A DNA stretch of 64,000 nt from Candidatus Bathyarchaeota archaeon. GTDB lineage: Archaea; Thermoproteota; Bathyarchaeia; Bathyarchaeales; Bathycorpusculaceae. Positions 1-10,596 of the stretch are shown one piece after another. The notes under the pieces were generated by a model. The model searched no databases, was not told where the DNA came from, and saw only the letters and a list, made by a program, of their open reading frames with translations. Positions within the stretch are counted from its first letter, which is position 1; the number at the start of each line of letters is the position of its first letter. The stretch spans positions 2,403,401 to 2,467,400 of the forward strand of contig CAVZJV010000014.1 of assembly GCA_963775685.1 (NCBI GenBank), in the 5' to 3' direction. The position numbers and the translations under genes were made by a program.

Positions 1-2633
1 TCGACCAAATTCCAGAACCCGTCGACTTAGCCATCATCGCAACTCCAGCAAAAACCGTCCCCGATGTAATGGAGGAATGCGGCAAAGGAAACGTCAAAGG
101 AGCAATCATCGTTTCCGCAGGATTCAAAGAAACAGGACCTGCGGGAAAAGCGCTGGAAGAAAGAACCCTTCAGGCAGCCAAAAAATACGGCATCAGAATT
201 ATCGGTCCCAACTGCATCGGAGTAATCCGACCCCGAAATAGCCTCAATGCAACTTTCCTAGACAAAATGCCCAAGCCCGGCAACATAGCCTTCCTATCCC
301 AGAGCGGCGCTTTGGGCTCTGCAATTCTAGACTGGGCTCTGCACGAAAACATAGGGTTCAGCAACTTCGTTTCCGTTGGCTCCATGATTGACGTGGACTT
401 TGGCGATTTAATCGACTATTTTGGCTCTGACCCCAAAACCAAGAGTATTCTAATGTATGTTGAGGGCTTAACTGAAGCCCGTAAATTCATGAGCGCCGCC
501 CGGCACTTTGCCCGAACTAAACCAATAATTGTCGTTAAATCAGGCAAATTCTCGGAAAGCGCACAAGCAGCCGCATCCCACACAGGCTCGCTTTCAGGCG
601 AGGACGGCATCTACGATGCAGCATTCAAACGCGCCGGCATAGTCCGAGTTAATGAAATCGCTGACTTGTTTAATGCTGCGGAGGTTTTAGGAACCCAACC
701 ATTGCCGAAGGGACCCAGACTCGCCATAATCACCAACGCAGGTGGACCCGGCGTAATGGCAACTGACTCACTAATCGCACAAGGCGGCAAACTAGCTAAG
801 CTCAGCCAAAAAACCTTGGATTCCCTTAACGCTTTATTGCCTCCGTTCTGGAGCCACGGTAACCCAATCGATGTATTGGGAGACGCCAAATCGGAGCGAT
901 ATAAGGCGGCGGTTGAAGCTTGCTTAAACGATGAAAACATCGATGGTATATTGATTATTTTCACTCAGCAGGCAGTTTCTGAATCTGTGGAAATCTCAAA
1001 AAACATTGTTGAACTTGTGCGTAACAAGACTTTCCAGAACAAGACAATCCTAACCTCGTTTATGGGTTTTGGCGCAGTGCAAGAAGCAAACAACATCCTA
1101 AATGCCAACAACATCCCCACATACAGCACGCCAGAACAAGCAGTACGAACCTACATGTATATGTACAACTACCAACGCAACGTCGACCTCCTCTACGAAA
1201 CTCCTGAAGAAATGCCTGTTGATGCAGCGCCTCCAAAACGACCAATCATGGCAATCTTAAGAAACGCGGCGTTTGAAGACCGTGAAATCCTAACTGAAGA
1301 CGAAGCCAAAAAAATCCTCAAATACTATAATTTCCCAGTTATCAAAACCGAAGCCGCAAACAACGTAGACGAAGCCGTTGTGTATGCGCAGGAAATGGGC
1401 TTCCCAGTTGTACTCAAAATTCTTTCACCCCAAATCGTTCATAAGAGCGACGCCGGCGGAGTAATCCTAAACGTTAACTCGCCAGACGAAGTGAGAAAGG
1501 CCTTCGAACTATTAATCCAGAGAGCAACCGCATTCAACCCGAAAGCCCAAATAATCGGTGTCACTGTCCAACCCATGGTTGCAAGGAAAGGCTTTGAATT
1601 AATTATTGGGGGAAAAACCGACCCAGTTTTTGGTCCAGTCATCCTGTTTGGAAGTGGCGGGGTAGGAGTGGAACTTTTCAAAGACACCTCTATTGGGTTG
1701 CCTCCGCTCAACACAACCCTTATTCATCGTATGATGGACGAAACCAAAGTCTACAGCCTCCTTAAAGGTTGGCGAGGCGCAGCTCCAGTGGACCTTAAAA
1801 AACTCGACGAAACTATGCTCATGTTCTCCCAGTTGCTAGTTGATTTTCCACAGATAAAAGAAATCGACATAAACCCACTTTTGATCAGCGAGAAAGAATC
1901 CTGCATCCTAGACGCCCGCATAGTCGTCAACAAGGCGGCTATATGCAAGAAATTTGAACCTCACGAACACATGGTTATAAGTCCTTACCCTAAAAAATAC
2001 GAGCTTTTGTGGCTGCTCAAGAATGGCCAAGAAGTCCTGTTACGCCCCGTAAAGCCGGAGGATGAACCAATGTGGCTGGAAATGTTCCAAAGCCTCTCCG
2101 AAGAATCAATACGCTATCGCTTCTTCCAAATGCTAAAAGACACACCACATGAAGTCCGCGTCCGATACTGTAACATAGACTACGACCGAGAAATTGCAAT
2201 CGTCGCCGAAATGGTTGAAAACGGCAAAAGAAAAATCCTGGGAGTAACCCGCCTAAGCATAGAATCCGATGAGAAAAGCGGTGAAATCGCTTTCCTTGTA
2301 AGCGATTACTGGCAAGGCTTAGGATTAGGCACAAAAATGGTCGATTATGTGCTCGACATCGCAAAAGAGAAGGGAATGGAAAGAGTCCACTCCATAATCC
2401 TGCAGGATAACTACCGAGCGTTGAGCTTATCAAAGAAGATGGGCTTCAAGATTGATTACTTAAACGACGGTACAGTCAAAGCAACCCTTAACCTAAAAGA
2501 AGAAGACATAGACTTCCGCTGCATACAACTACCTGAACCACCACAAAAAAAACAGGAAAAGCAAAAGCAAGAACCTCCCATTTCCGAGGGCAAAAAAATA
2601 GTTCGGGAACCGCAAGAAGCGTCACCTGCTTAA
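1..2633 (+). CDS. Bifunctional ADP-forming acetate--CoA ligase family / GNAT N-acetyltransferase (Pat/PatZ-type architecture), 5'-truncated by the window edge
   Basis: Frame is open from base 3 (DQIPEPVDLAIIATPA...). Contains the CoA-binding IIGPNCIG, SQSGA, SHTGSL (phospho-His loop), ATP-grasp HKSDAGGV and EIDINPL, and a C-terminal GNAT with WQGLGLGT. Confidence 0.92.
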   Translation, partial: DQIPEPVDLAIIATPAKTVPDVMEECGKGNVKGAIIVSAGFKETGPAGKALEERTLQAAKKYGIRIIGPNCIGVIRPRNSLNATFLDKMPKPGNIAFLSQSGALGSAILDWALHENIGFSNFVSVGSMIDVDFGDLIDYFGSDPKTKSILMYVEGLTEARKFMSAARHFARTKPIIVVKSGKFSESAQAAASHTGSLSGEDGIYDAAFKRAGIVRVNEIADLFNAAEVLGTQPLPKGPRLAIITNAGGPGVMATDSLIAQGGKLAKLSQKTLDSLNALLPPFWSHGNPIDVLGDAKSERYKAAVEACLNDENIDGILIIFTQQAVSESVEISKNIVELVRNKTFQNKTILTSFMGFGAVQEANNILNANNIPTYSTPEQAVRTYMYMYNYQRNVDLLYETPEEMPVDAAPPKRPIMAILRNAAFEDREILTEDEAKKILKYYNFPVIKTEAANNVDEAVVYAQEMGFPVVLKILSPQIVHKSDAGGVILNVNSPDEVRKAFELLIQRATAFNPKAQIIGVTVQPMVARKGFELIIGGKTDPVFGPVILFGSGGVGVELFKDTSIGLPPLNTTLIHRMMDETKVYSLLKGWRGAAPVDLKKLDETMLMFSQLLVDFPQIKEIDINPLLISEKESCILDARIVVNKAAICKKFEPHEHMVISPYPKKYELLWLLKNGQEVLLRPVKPEDEPMWLEMFQSLSEESIRYRFFQMLKDTPHEVRVRYCNIDYDREIAIVAEMVENGKRKILGVTRLSIESDEKSGEIAFLVSDYWQGLGLGTKMVDYVLDIAKEKGMERVHSIILQDNYRALSLSKKMGFKIDYLNDGTVKATLNLKEEDIDFRCIQLPEPPQKKQEKQKQEPPISEGKKIVREPQEASPA

Positions 2634-2698
2634 CTTCTTTACTTTTTGTTTTTGGTTAGTTTTAAATTTTTAAGCCACCACTATTAAATGGTGGAAGC

Positions 2699-4180
2699 AT
2701 GAGAAAGCTCATCTGGCTAACATTGACTATCGCAACCTTGGTCACCAGCCTTTTTCTGTTTGCCAACGTGCATGCCGCCACTTCTGTTACAGGGCAAATC
2801 AATTCTGATACAACCTGGACCTTTGCCAACAGCCCCTACAGGTTAACTGGAACCGTCTTTGTGAGTCCAGGTGTCACTTTAACTATTGAGCCTGGAGTAA
2901 CCATAGACTTTAACATGTTTTCCCTTCAGATAAATGGCGGCACACTGATTGCTCAAGGCACAAATGACAACAAAATAATCTTTTATTCTTCTTACATTTA
3001 TAGTTCCATTTCAATTATCCTCTCTTCCGGCACAAGTTGGAATGACACAACTGGAACCGGCAGCATAATTGAAAACGCGGTCCTCAATTCTGCATACATC
3101 TCCATAGCCAGTTGCTCGCCTAAGATAAGTAACAACTATTTTACAAATAATCGTTATACCTCACTTAGTATTGTCAACGGGTCTTCTTTGATCCTGAACA
3201 ATTCCTTCGATACCCAATCAACGAGTATCTATGTTTCAAGCACCGTGCCATGTTCCCCCAAAATCTTTGACAACTTTGTAAAATGTACCAGCATAACAGC
3301 TTACGGAATTAACGTTGGAAGCAACAACGCCTACATATCCGCCAACAACGTCACAGGCTGCTATATGGGCGTGTACGCCACTGGCAACGCAACCGTCACA
3401 AGAAACCTAATCAGAAACAATACTTACGGGATTTATCTGGGTAGCAACTCGGCAAATACAGCATCGGTTACAAGCAACATAGTCGCTAACAACAGCATTG
3501 GAATAAGCATTGGAGGTGGCATAATAATGGATAACACTATCGGCAACAACCAAATAGGACTATCTGTATCAACCACATCGGCAAACATTTCACAGAACAA
3601 CATCTTTGCCAACACACAATACAATCTGGGCATCTCAACAGTAAACGCAGTTGATGCACGCTATAACTGGTGGGGAATCGCAGACAGTTCAGTCATCAAC
3701 CAAACAATTTATGACAACAAAAACTCCACCTCCTTAGGAAAAGTCAGCTTTACACCCTTTTTGAATGATTCAAACACAGCCGCGCCCGCTATAGAAAGCA
3801 TAAACTTTGTTCCCAACCCTACCCCAACAGCTATTCCCACCCCAGTTCCCGCCCCAACCCAAACATATACTCCGATACCGACAAACATTACCTTTGGGCC
3901 TATCTCAACGGAAACTCCGCCGCCCACCCTTCCCACATCCGAACCAACACCCATCCCAACACCCACTCCAATGCCAACGCCGACCCCTACCCAAAAAGTC
4001 ATACCCGGCTCTCCACTTTCGATGGGCGGTCAATCGTTAGCCGAAGCAATATCCCAATTCGACCTCATGGGAGTAGCCCAGTTAGTACTCATCATATTGG
4101 GCGTTATGTGGACGGTTGTAATCTTGGTTTACGTTAATAAGACGGTTGGGAAAAAGAAGAAAGCATCCACAGGCCTCTAA
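2699..4180 (+). CDS. Secreted, membrane-anchored parallel beta-helix (NosD/CASH-like) surface protein with Pro/Thr linker
   Basis: N-terminal signal peptide, Asn-rich 'NNxxGI' repeats, NWWG motif, PTPT-rich linker, C-terminal TM helix followed by KKKK. Confidence 0.8.
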   Translation: MRKLIWLTLTIATLVTSLFLFANVHAATSVTGQINSDTTWTFANSPYRLTGTVFVSPGVTLTIEPGVTIDFNMFSLQINGGTLIAQGTNDNKIIFYSSYIYSSISIILSSGTSWNDTTGTGSIIENAVLNSAYISIASCSPKISNNYFTNNRYTSLSIVNGSSLILNNSFDTQSTSIYVSSTVPCSPKIFDNFVKCTSITAYGINVGSNNAYISANNVTGCYMGVYATGNATVTRNLIRNNTYGIYLGSNSANTASVTSNIVANNSIGISIGGGIIMDNTIGNNQIGLSVSTTSANISQNNIFANTQYNLGISTVNAVDARYNWWGIADSSVINQTIYDNKNSTSLGKVSFTPFLNDSNTAAPAIESINFVPNPTPTAIPTPVPAPTQTYTPIPTNITFGPISTETPPPTLPTSEPTPIPTPTPMPTPTPTQKVIPGSPLSMGGQSLAEAISQFDLMGVAQLVLIILGVMWTVVILVYVNKTVGKKKKASTGL

Positions 4181-4267
4181 AACATTTTTCATTTTCAAGT
4201 TCCATTCGTTTCTTCGGAACGAAAGATTGAAAGAGACAAACGAAGATGCTACTTTGTTAGATGCGTT

Positions 4268-4846
4268 ATGGTTGAAACGTTTTATCTGCATTTAGAATTT
4301 AGAGGCAAAAACGGTGGATGGTCAATTAACCTGCCTTTCTTGTGCAATAAATGTGGTATTTGCTGTACTCTTGACGATTTCTTGACTGCGGGAGAAATTA
4401 CCGCCAAACCTCAAGAGCAACCAGAAGTCCACGCCAAAATAAAAGTCCTCTTTGAAGAGTTGGGCAGGATGTGGGAAGCAAGCGAAGCAAAATACGACCA
4501 ATACGTCCAGCAAAACCCCTGCCCTTTTCTGATAGATAAATCCTGTTCTATCTATGAATTCCGACCTGACGGGTGCCGACTTTTCCCCAAAACCAAGTTT
4601 GGCATGCAAACCCAAGACTGCCCACCTCTCAATCGTTTTAAAAAAATGCGTGCCTCCCTAAAAAAAGGTAGACTCAACAAAGAGAACTACTATTTTACAG
4701 GAACAATTCAAGAGCCAATAAAATACACAAAGTTAACAGAAAAACAATACCAAACATGCATAACAAAACTGCGCCAAGCAGGAATGACCGACGACGAATT
4801 AGAACTTTTCAACTACTTCAATGGGCAAAATAAACCTCAAATTTAA
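4268..4846 (+). CDS. YkgJ-family (CxxCxxCC) cysteine cluster protein
   Basis: CNKCGICC ... CPFL ... CSIYEFRPDGCRLFP signature. Confidence 0.8.
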   Translation: MVETFYLHLEFRGKNGGWSINLPFLCNKCGICCTLDDFLTAGEITAKPQEQPEVHAKIKVLFEELGRMWEASEAKYDQYVQQNPCPFLIDKSCSIYEFRPDGCRLFPKTKFGMQTQDCPPLNRFKKMRASLKKGRLNKENYYFTGTIQEPIKYTKLTEKQYQTCITKLRQAGMTDDELELFNYFNGQNKPQI

Positions 4847-4863
4847 CTTTGAAGTTGGGCATA

Positions 4864-5402
4864 TCAAAAGCAGTCTATTAAATGGTCGTTAACCAATCCA
4901 GCTGCCTGCATGAATGCATAGCATATTGTGGGTCCCACAAACTTGAAGCCCCTCGCCTTGAGTTCACTACTCATCGCTTTCGACTGCTCTGTCTCGGCTG
5001 GCATTTCAGAAAAATCCTTGAAAGCATTCTGAATTGTTTTTCCATGTACAAACTGCCAGATGAATTTGTCAAAAGTAACGAATTCTTTTTGGACTTTGAG
5101 AAATTGTTGTGCGTTAGTTATGGTTGCGGAGATTTTGGCTCGATTCTTAACAACGCCGGGTGCTTTCATTAAACGCTCAACATCCTTGGCGGTGTATTTT
5201 GCAACTTTTGCAGGGTCAAAACCGTCAAACGATGTCCTGAACGCTTCTCGCCTCTCCAATATCAGCCACCACGACAACCCTGCCTGAAAACCATCCAAAA
5301 CCAAAAACTCAAACAGCTCTGGTCGTCGTGAACAGTTACGCCCCATTCTTCATCGTGGTATCTGATGTAGAGTTGCTTATCAACATTCCAGCATCTTTTC
5401 AC
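4864..5402 (-). CDS. tag: DNA-3-methyladenine glycosylase I, with one frameshift near 5320
   Basis: GTG at 5402 gives MKRCWNVDKQLYIRYHDEEWGVTVHDD, then the frame shifts into LFEFLVLDGFQAGLSW ... GFKFVGPTICYAFMQAAGLVNDHLIDC. A single-base indel, either a sequencing error or a recent pseudogene. Confidence 0.88.
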
Positions 5403-5459
5403 CGCCGCAGTAATGGCTTGTTATTAACCATCAAGTTATGTTTAAACCTAATCGAAGGT

Positions 5460-6014
5460 TTATTTGCTGAGTTCCTTTCCGATGTTCCACGCTTTAGCTA
5501 TTTTTTCTCCTGCACCATAGTAACTTTGGTTATTCATAACAAATAATATTGGTTGCACTTTTTTGATGTCTACTTCGCCGTTAGTGAGAATTGTTTCATC
5601 GCAGAATGTGTTCGCTATTTTGCCTATGAATATGTCATGGTTTTTGAAATCTAAGGTTTTTATGAGTTCGCATTCCATGTTGATGCTGCATTGTTCAATC
5701 ATGGGCGCGGTTTTAAGTGTTCCATAGAACGTTTTAAACAGATCTGCTTTGTTGTGGTCTTTGCCTGAAGTTAAGCCGCAGTAGTCGGTTTCTTTTATCA
5801 TAGCTGTTGAGGGGATGTTGATGCTGAAGGTTTTGACTGCTTTTATTCCCGCATTGGTGTAGTGACGTTTGTTCATGCCCAGCGAAACCGATTCGAGCTC
5901 CATTATGCCAATGTGGGCTATGGTGATATAATTGGGTTTCCCATCAACCAACGCCCCAACCAGTACAGTTGGCATAGGGTACAGACAGTTTTTTGCTCCA
6001 AGTTCAATCTTCAT
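5460..6014 (-). CDS. Flavin reductase-like (flavoredoxin-family) FMN-binding protein
   Basis: YPMPTVLVG, FSINIP, CGLTSG...K, APMIEQC...ECEL, HDIFIG motifs. Confidence 0.85.
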   Translation of the reverse strand: MKIELGAKNCLYPMPTVLVGALVDGKPNYITIAHIGIMELESVSLGMNKRHYTNAGIKAVKTFSINIPSTAMIKETDYCGLTSGKDHNKADLFKTFYGTLKTAPMIEQCSINMECELIKTLDFKNHDIFIGKIANTFCDETILTNGEVDIKKVQPILFVMNNQSYYGAGEKIAKAWNIGKELSK

Positions 6015-6361
6015 TTTTAACCCTCAAAAAAAGTTCTTCCAGCTGAAAGTCTGTTGTTCTTAGTATTTTAAGGAAGCGACGACCAACATTTATCCTTTCA
6101 CTAATTTATCAAAAGGGTTCGCCAACAATAGGTTTGTGTTTTCTCTGGGTTTTTGGTTTGCTTAGGGCCGCTTGCACAACAAGCAGTCAACCCAGAGGTG
6201 AGGCAAAAGAAAAAGTAATAGACAGAGCATTCTGTTGGCTGTTATTGCGTAAGGGTATTCTGACACAACTACAAAAGAACCAGCCAGCTACACCCAAAAA
6301 ACTAACTTTTGGCGCTTGAAACTCTTATATACGGCAGTTGCTAATTTCTCTGTTGAGTGTC

Positions 6362-6670
6362 ATGGCTGAAGTTTGTTCAACATGCGGACTACCAAAGGAC
6401 CTTTGCGTTTGTGGAGAAATAGAGAAAGAACAACAGCGCATTCGTATCCGTCTTGAAACCCGGAAATTTGGCAAAGCAACCACCATCGTCGATGGCATGG
6501 ATGATAAAAACTCAAATTTAACCAGCATTGCCCAAAAACTCAAAACATACTGCGCATGCGGCGGAACTAGCAAAAATGGGCAAATTATGCTTCAAGGCGA
6601 CCACCGGGATAGAGTGCGTGAGTTCTTGGTTAAGATGGGTTACCCACAGGAAAACATTGAACTACAGTAA
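6362..6670 (+). CDS. sui1: Archaeal translation initiation factor aIF-1 (SUI1 family)
   Basis: MAEVCSTCGLPKDLCVC ... RKFGK ... LKTYCACGGT ... IMLQGDHR. ATG at 6362. Confidence 0.95.
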   Translation: MAEVCSTCGLPKDLCVCGEIEKEQQRIRIRLETRKFGKATTIVDGMDDKNSNLTSIAQKLKTYCACGGTSKNGQIMLQGDHRDRVREFLVKMGYPQENIELQ

Positions 6671-6708
6671 CCCTCCCGCGTAGTCTCAAACAAGGTGAAT
6701 GTTTCCTA

Positions 6709-6930
6709 ATGAAAAAGACAGATGGCATCCGCGATGTCTTCAAAAATGTTAGACATCGCAAACCAACCCAAATTTATTGTCCTCGCTGCGCAAGCCCAAA
6801 AATCGCTTTATCAAGTAGCCTCTCTATGTGGTTAACGCCTAGAGAATACTTTTGCGAAAACTGCGGTTACCTTGGAATAATTGTTATGGAACTCGAAAAA
6901 GAAGATGAAAAAGAAAAAGAAGAAACTTAA
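6709..6930 (+). CDS. Small zinc-ribbon (CPxC...CxxCG) protein
   Basis: YCPRCAS ... YFCENCGYLG. GGTGA RBS upstream. Confidence 0.75.
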   Translation: MKKTDGIRDVFKNVRHRKPTQIYCPRCASPKIALSSSLSMWLTPREYFCENCGYLGIIVMELEKEDEKEKEET

Positions 6931-6955
6931 TTTTGCTTAAGTAACGAAAAGTGCC

Positions 6956-7897
6956 CTAATCGGGCAATTCAAGGTTTAATTGCTTTTTGAGTGTTTTGTA
7001 TCGGTTGCGAACGGTTACTTCGGTTACTCCAGCAGCTTCAGCGATGTCTTTTTGTGTTTTCTTCTCGTTATTCTGGAGGCATGCGATATAGAGGGCAGCA
7101 GCAGCTAAACCCATTGGGTCTTTTCCTGCTGCGGCACGCTTTCGCCTTGCCTCTCTGAGTATTTGGATGGCTGCTCCTTGAGTTTTTCCTGAGATGCCTG
7201 TTTTTTCAGCAATCTTGGATACGTAGGTTAATGGGTCAGCGATGGGCATGTGAACATCGAGCTCTCGCAACAGAAGCCTGTAGCATCTTGCGACATCTTT
7301 TTTGTCAACTAAGCTGGCTTCAGCGATTTCCCGTAGCGTACGTGGGGTTCCACTTCCACGGCATGCAGCGTATAATGCTGCGGCGGCTATAGCGGCAATG
7401 GATCTTCCACGAACGAGACCTTTGTCAAGTGCTTTTCGATAGACGACGGCAGCTTTTTCTTTGATTGGTGGTGGAATGTAGACTTTGTCAGATAAACGGT
7501 CGAGTTCCGCCATGGCTTGTGCGAGGTTGCGATCTATGGATGAATGAACGCGGCTTCGGATTTGCCATTTACGTAGACGCCACATCTGTAACCTCGTGGA
7601 CAGCGGCAGCTTTCTGCCAAATGCATCGCGGTCCACCTGGCTAATTGCAGTTGATAAGCCTTTGTCATGGACTGAATAGGACGTTGGGACACCGACACGA
7701 CTTCTTGAGGCTTTCTCCTCTTGAGTGAAGGCCCGCCATTCTGGTCCTTTATCCATCATTTGTTCATAGACGACTAGTCCACAGTCGCCGCACACGGTTT
7801 CTCCAGTATCGTAATCGTGAACTAAATTCTCGCTACCGCACTCTGGGCACTTGTCTACCAAGCGCTGAGTAGTGCGTGGTTTTTCTTTTGTGCTCAA
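6956..7897 (-). CDS. tfb: Transcription initiation factor IIB
   Basis: Zn ribbon CPECGS...CGDCG, B-reader GPEWRAF, two cyclin repeats, HTH TQKDIAEAAGVTEVTVRNRY. Confidence 0.98.
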   Translation of the reverse strand: MSTKEKPRTTQRLVDKCPECGSENLVHDYDTGETVCGDCGLVVYEQMMDKGPEWRAFTQEEKASRSRVGVPTSYSVHDKGLSTAISQVDRDAFGRKLPLSTRLQMWRLRKWQIRSRVHSSIDRNLAQAMAELDRLSDKVYIPPPIKEKAAVVYRKALDKGLVRGRSIAAIAAAALYAACRGSGTPRTLREIAEASLVDKKDVARCYRLLLRELDVHMPIADPLTYVSKIAEKTGISGKTQGAAIQILREARRKRAAAGKDPMGLAAAALYIACLQNNEKKTQKDIAEAAGVTEVTVRNRYKTLKKQLNLELPD

Positions 7898-8272
7898 TCT
7901 CTCTCTACCTCGATTTTAATGTGCGTAGAACCGTCACCATAGGCCACTCTGGCTAGAAAATAGTACATTCGGCCCGCGCAAACTAAGCAAAGGAACTGAT
8001 TAAATATTTAAGCTTTGTGGTTTATTAAACCTATTGCACACTATGGTTTCGAATTTCCTGATATGACAAAAAAACCGAATGGAAAAAAACATAAGAAAGT
8101 GTAAAAAAGTACAAATACGCGCTAGGGCGCACCATGAGCTAATTACATACTTTTTCTCATGAAAACTGACCCCAAAACATTTCTAATTATCACAGCGAGA
8201 ATCCTTATTAAGAAAAAAGCCAACCATTAAACCTCTAACAATAAATAAAACAAATGCTAATTGAAATCGTGC

Positions 8273-8348
8273 AGCCCGGTGGTGTAGTGGTCAAGCATAG
8301 TGGGCTTTGGACCCACCGACGAGAGTTCGAATCTCTCCCGGGCTACCA
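8273..8348 (+). tRNA. tRNA-Gln(TTG), intronless, CCA encoded
   Basis: Acceptor stem AGCCCGG/CCGGGCT followed by ACCA (A1-U72 typical of archaeal tRNA-Gln). Anticodon arm GTGGG-CTTTGGA-CCCAC. T-loop GTTCGAATC. Confidence 0.97.
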
Positions 8349-8373
8349 CATCAAAAATCTTAAGGTGAAAAGT

Positions 8374-8490
8374 ATGGCAGATTTGAAAGGTTGCCCGTTT
8401 GGTCAAGACATAAAAAACGATTGCAAGAACTGTGACTACGGAGACACAAACCACTTCGACGCTGCCCGTGGGAAATGTGTTAAACGTTAA
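8374..8490 (+). CDS. 38-aa four-cysteine microprotein
   Basis: GGTGA RBS then ATG at 8374: MADLKGCPFGQDIKNDCKNCDYGDTNHFDAARGKCVKR. Confidence 0.55.
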   Translation: MADLKGCPFGQDIKNDCKNCDYGDTNHFDAARGKCVKR

Positions 8491-9758
8491 TTGACCCGTA
8501 TTTTGGCAATTCAGCAACGTAAGCATCCAGATCCAGGAACCTGTTTATTCCTTTGGTGTTTTCTTCTCCGCAGTATCCGATAGAAAGCGTTATTTCACCG
8601 TTGAAGGTGCTGGTTCCCAGCATAAACCCTGGCAGATATATAATTGGACTTGAGATAAATCCCTTTATCATAATTAATTCTCCAAAATGATATGCGTTTA
8701 GGATCCCGAAGTTTGACAGCAACGGAAAAGGAACGTTATTTTTTTTGTCCATCTCCGCAGATTCCGCAAGATGCTTCTCCATCCCCGCGTATCCTTGACT
8801 AAAAAGGTGCTCCAGCCCCGCAGCACTTTCAAGTCTAGGGTAGTTTTCTTTTATTTTCTCCATGGCTTCGGTGACCTTTGCAAGTGTGTCGTCGAATGTT
8901 TCAGATTTTTTCCTATATAGTCCTATTACGTTGCTCCTGAAAGGTTGCATATCGCTTCCGCTTTGCAGTTGGAAATGTACCGTCTTAGGTCTATTGAAAT
9001 CTGAGTTATCATGGGTTTACCCTACGCACTGTTGTTTACGGCAAAAGCGTTCGATAAAGCGCAGTTAGAAATACGTCGTTTATGGTTGCTTTTTTGTTGC
9101 CGGCATAGTGTTTTATTGCAGTGAATTGGGCTTGGGATATTGTTCTGAAGGTATGCAATGGTTCGTTGCCTTTTTTTGGGCATTGACCCGGTTGGTTTGG
9201 GATAACCTTTCATTGCCATGCTATTGGTGTTTTTTTATGTGTTCAAAGATTTGGCTTTGGTCTCGTCTGCCCAAATTTGGCTGAATGGAACTTCTTCCAC
9301 AAGTAACCAGCCTGCTGTAGACGTCAGAGACTAAAAGCGCATAGTCTTTAAGTCGGCCTGCGTCACAGACAGCGTGGTTCACTTTTTATGCATATGGTGT
9401 CAGTATCTTTTTTTCTGAAAACCTTCAAGGCAACAAGCGGATCTACGTCTGCATGGATAGCTTTGTTAACAAAAGCATTTATTGCCTGTTCTGGCGAATC
9501 AATTTCGACGACTTAACACAGTTCTATCTGGTCTAAGTCGACTCTGCGTTCCCAAAAGGGGTCACCGCAGTTCTTGACCAGTCTATCCCAAAACAGGCTC
9601 CAAATCCTCGGTCAAACGGATAGCTTTTGCCAGAGAATTCTCATCTATCTCTCCGCTTAGTTTAGAACCATGCAGAGTTGCTGGTCAGCAAAAAACTTGC
9701 TCAAAGCATAATTGTACGCATCCTGTGCAGTTACCTTAAATTTGTAAAGGATACTCAT
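8480..9758 (-). pseudogene. Degraded condensation-domain / CoA-dependent acyltransferase gene
   Basis: ATG at 9758 (MSILYKFKVTAQDAYNY...). An HxxxDG-type motif KVNHAVCDAG lies near 9355-9385. The C-terminus reads PLLSNFG...STFNGEITLSIGY. Several stops and frameshifts lie between these pieces. Confidence 0.7.
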
Positions 9759-9779
9759 TTTGCCCTTTTCCTGTAGTAT

Positions 9780-10568
9780 TTACTTCTTTTTTGGTTTGCC
9801 GTTTTTGGAGGCGAAAATCTGAAAACCTACTATTGCGGAGTAAAAACCGTATGAAAGCAAGAGTATTGGGCGGTGAACCGCATATTTTAAGTCGCTAACG
9901 ACAAATTCGATATGTTTTTGGAGTGTCCAGACGTGTTCTGGTCTGTAATGAATGCAGCAAGGCTCATAGACACCAAGCACCTTGTAGCCTTTTTTCTCTA
10001 TCCAATCTTTTATATATCCATCTTCGTAGGTGTGCAGATCAAATGGGATGTTGATATCTTCCACTGTTTTTCGGCGAACCAAAAGATCGTGAGTTCCACC
10101 CCTTTTATCAAAAATTTTTAGGGTGACTCTCTCGAACAAGCTTAAGATTTTTGAGTCCTTTAGAACAGACCAAATCTCAATTCCCCAGACTGCGCCAACC
10201 CCATCGTTTACCAGTTTTTCTGCCTCCGCAAACCAGTTATTGGACAAAACCACATCACTGTCGACAAAGACAAACCAGTCACTATTCACCAGCCCAATTG
10301 CCGTCTGCCTGGCACTGCCTCGGGTTCCCTTCTCTTGAACAAAGACAACATTGCCATACTTTTTTTGGTACTCTTTTATAATGGGTACAGTTTTGTCGGT
10401 GGAAAAGCCGTCAACAACAATCAGGTTGTTAACAGGTATGTTCTGGTACACGGAGTCAAGGCATTCTTTTAGTTTTCGTTCGCTATTCATAGTGAGAATG
10501 GCGACGTCTACGGATGTTTTTATGGTTGAATAGGCTGGTTTTGGTTGTTTGTAGTCGGCGTTTGTCAA
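9780..10568 (-). CDS. Glycosyltransferase family 2 (GT-A)
   Basis: IVVDGFSTDKT, RGSARQ, FVFVDSD (DxD), YED motif. Confidence 0.9.
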   Translation of the reverse strand: MTNADYKQPKPAYSTIKTSVDVAILTMNSERKLKECLDSVYQNIPVNNLIVVDGFSTDKTVPIIKEYQKKYGNVVFVQEKGTRGSARQTAIGLVNSDWFVFVDSDVVLSNNWFAEAEKLVNDGVGAVWGIEIWSVLKDSKILSLFERVTLKIFDKRGGTHDLLVRRKTVEDINIPFDLHTYEDGYIKDWIEKKGYKVLGVYEPCCIHYRPEHVWTLQKHIEFVVSDLKYAVHRPILLLSYGFYSAIVGFQIFASKNGKPKKK

Positions 10569-10596
10569 ATAGGTGTCTCCTTAGGATCACGTCATT

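Noticed and set aside
5300-5345. Programmed ribosomal frameshift in tag
   Set aside because: No slippery heptamer or stimulatory structure at the shift. A single-base deletion explains it.
8254-8373. N-terminal part of the 78-aa ORF 8254-8490
   Set aside because: It overlaps tRNA-Gln. Only the portion from ATG 8374, which has an RBS, is plausible.
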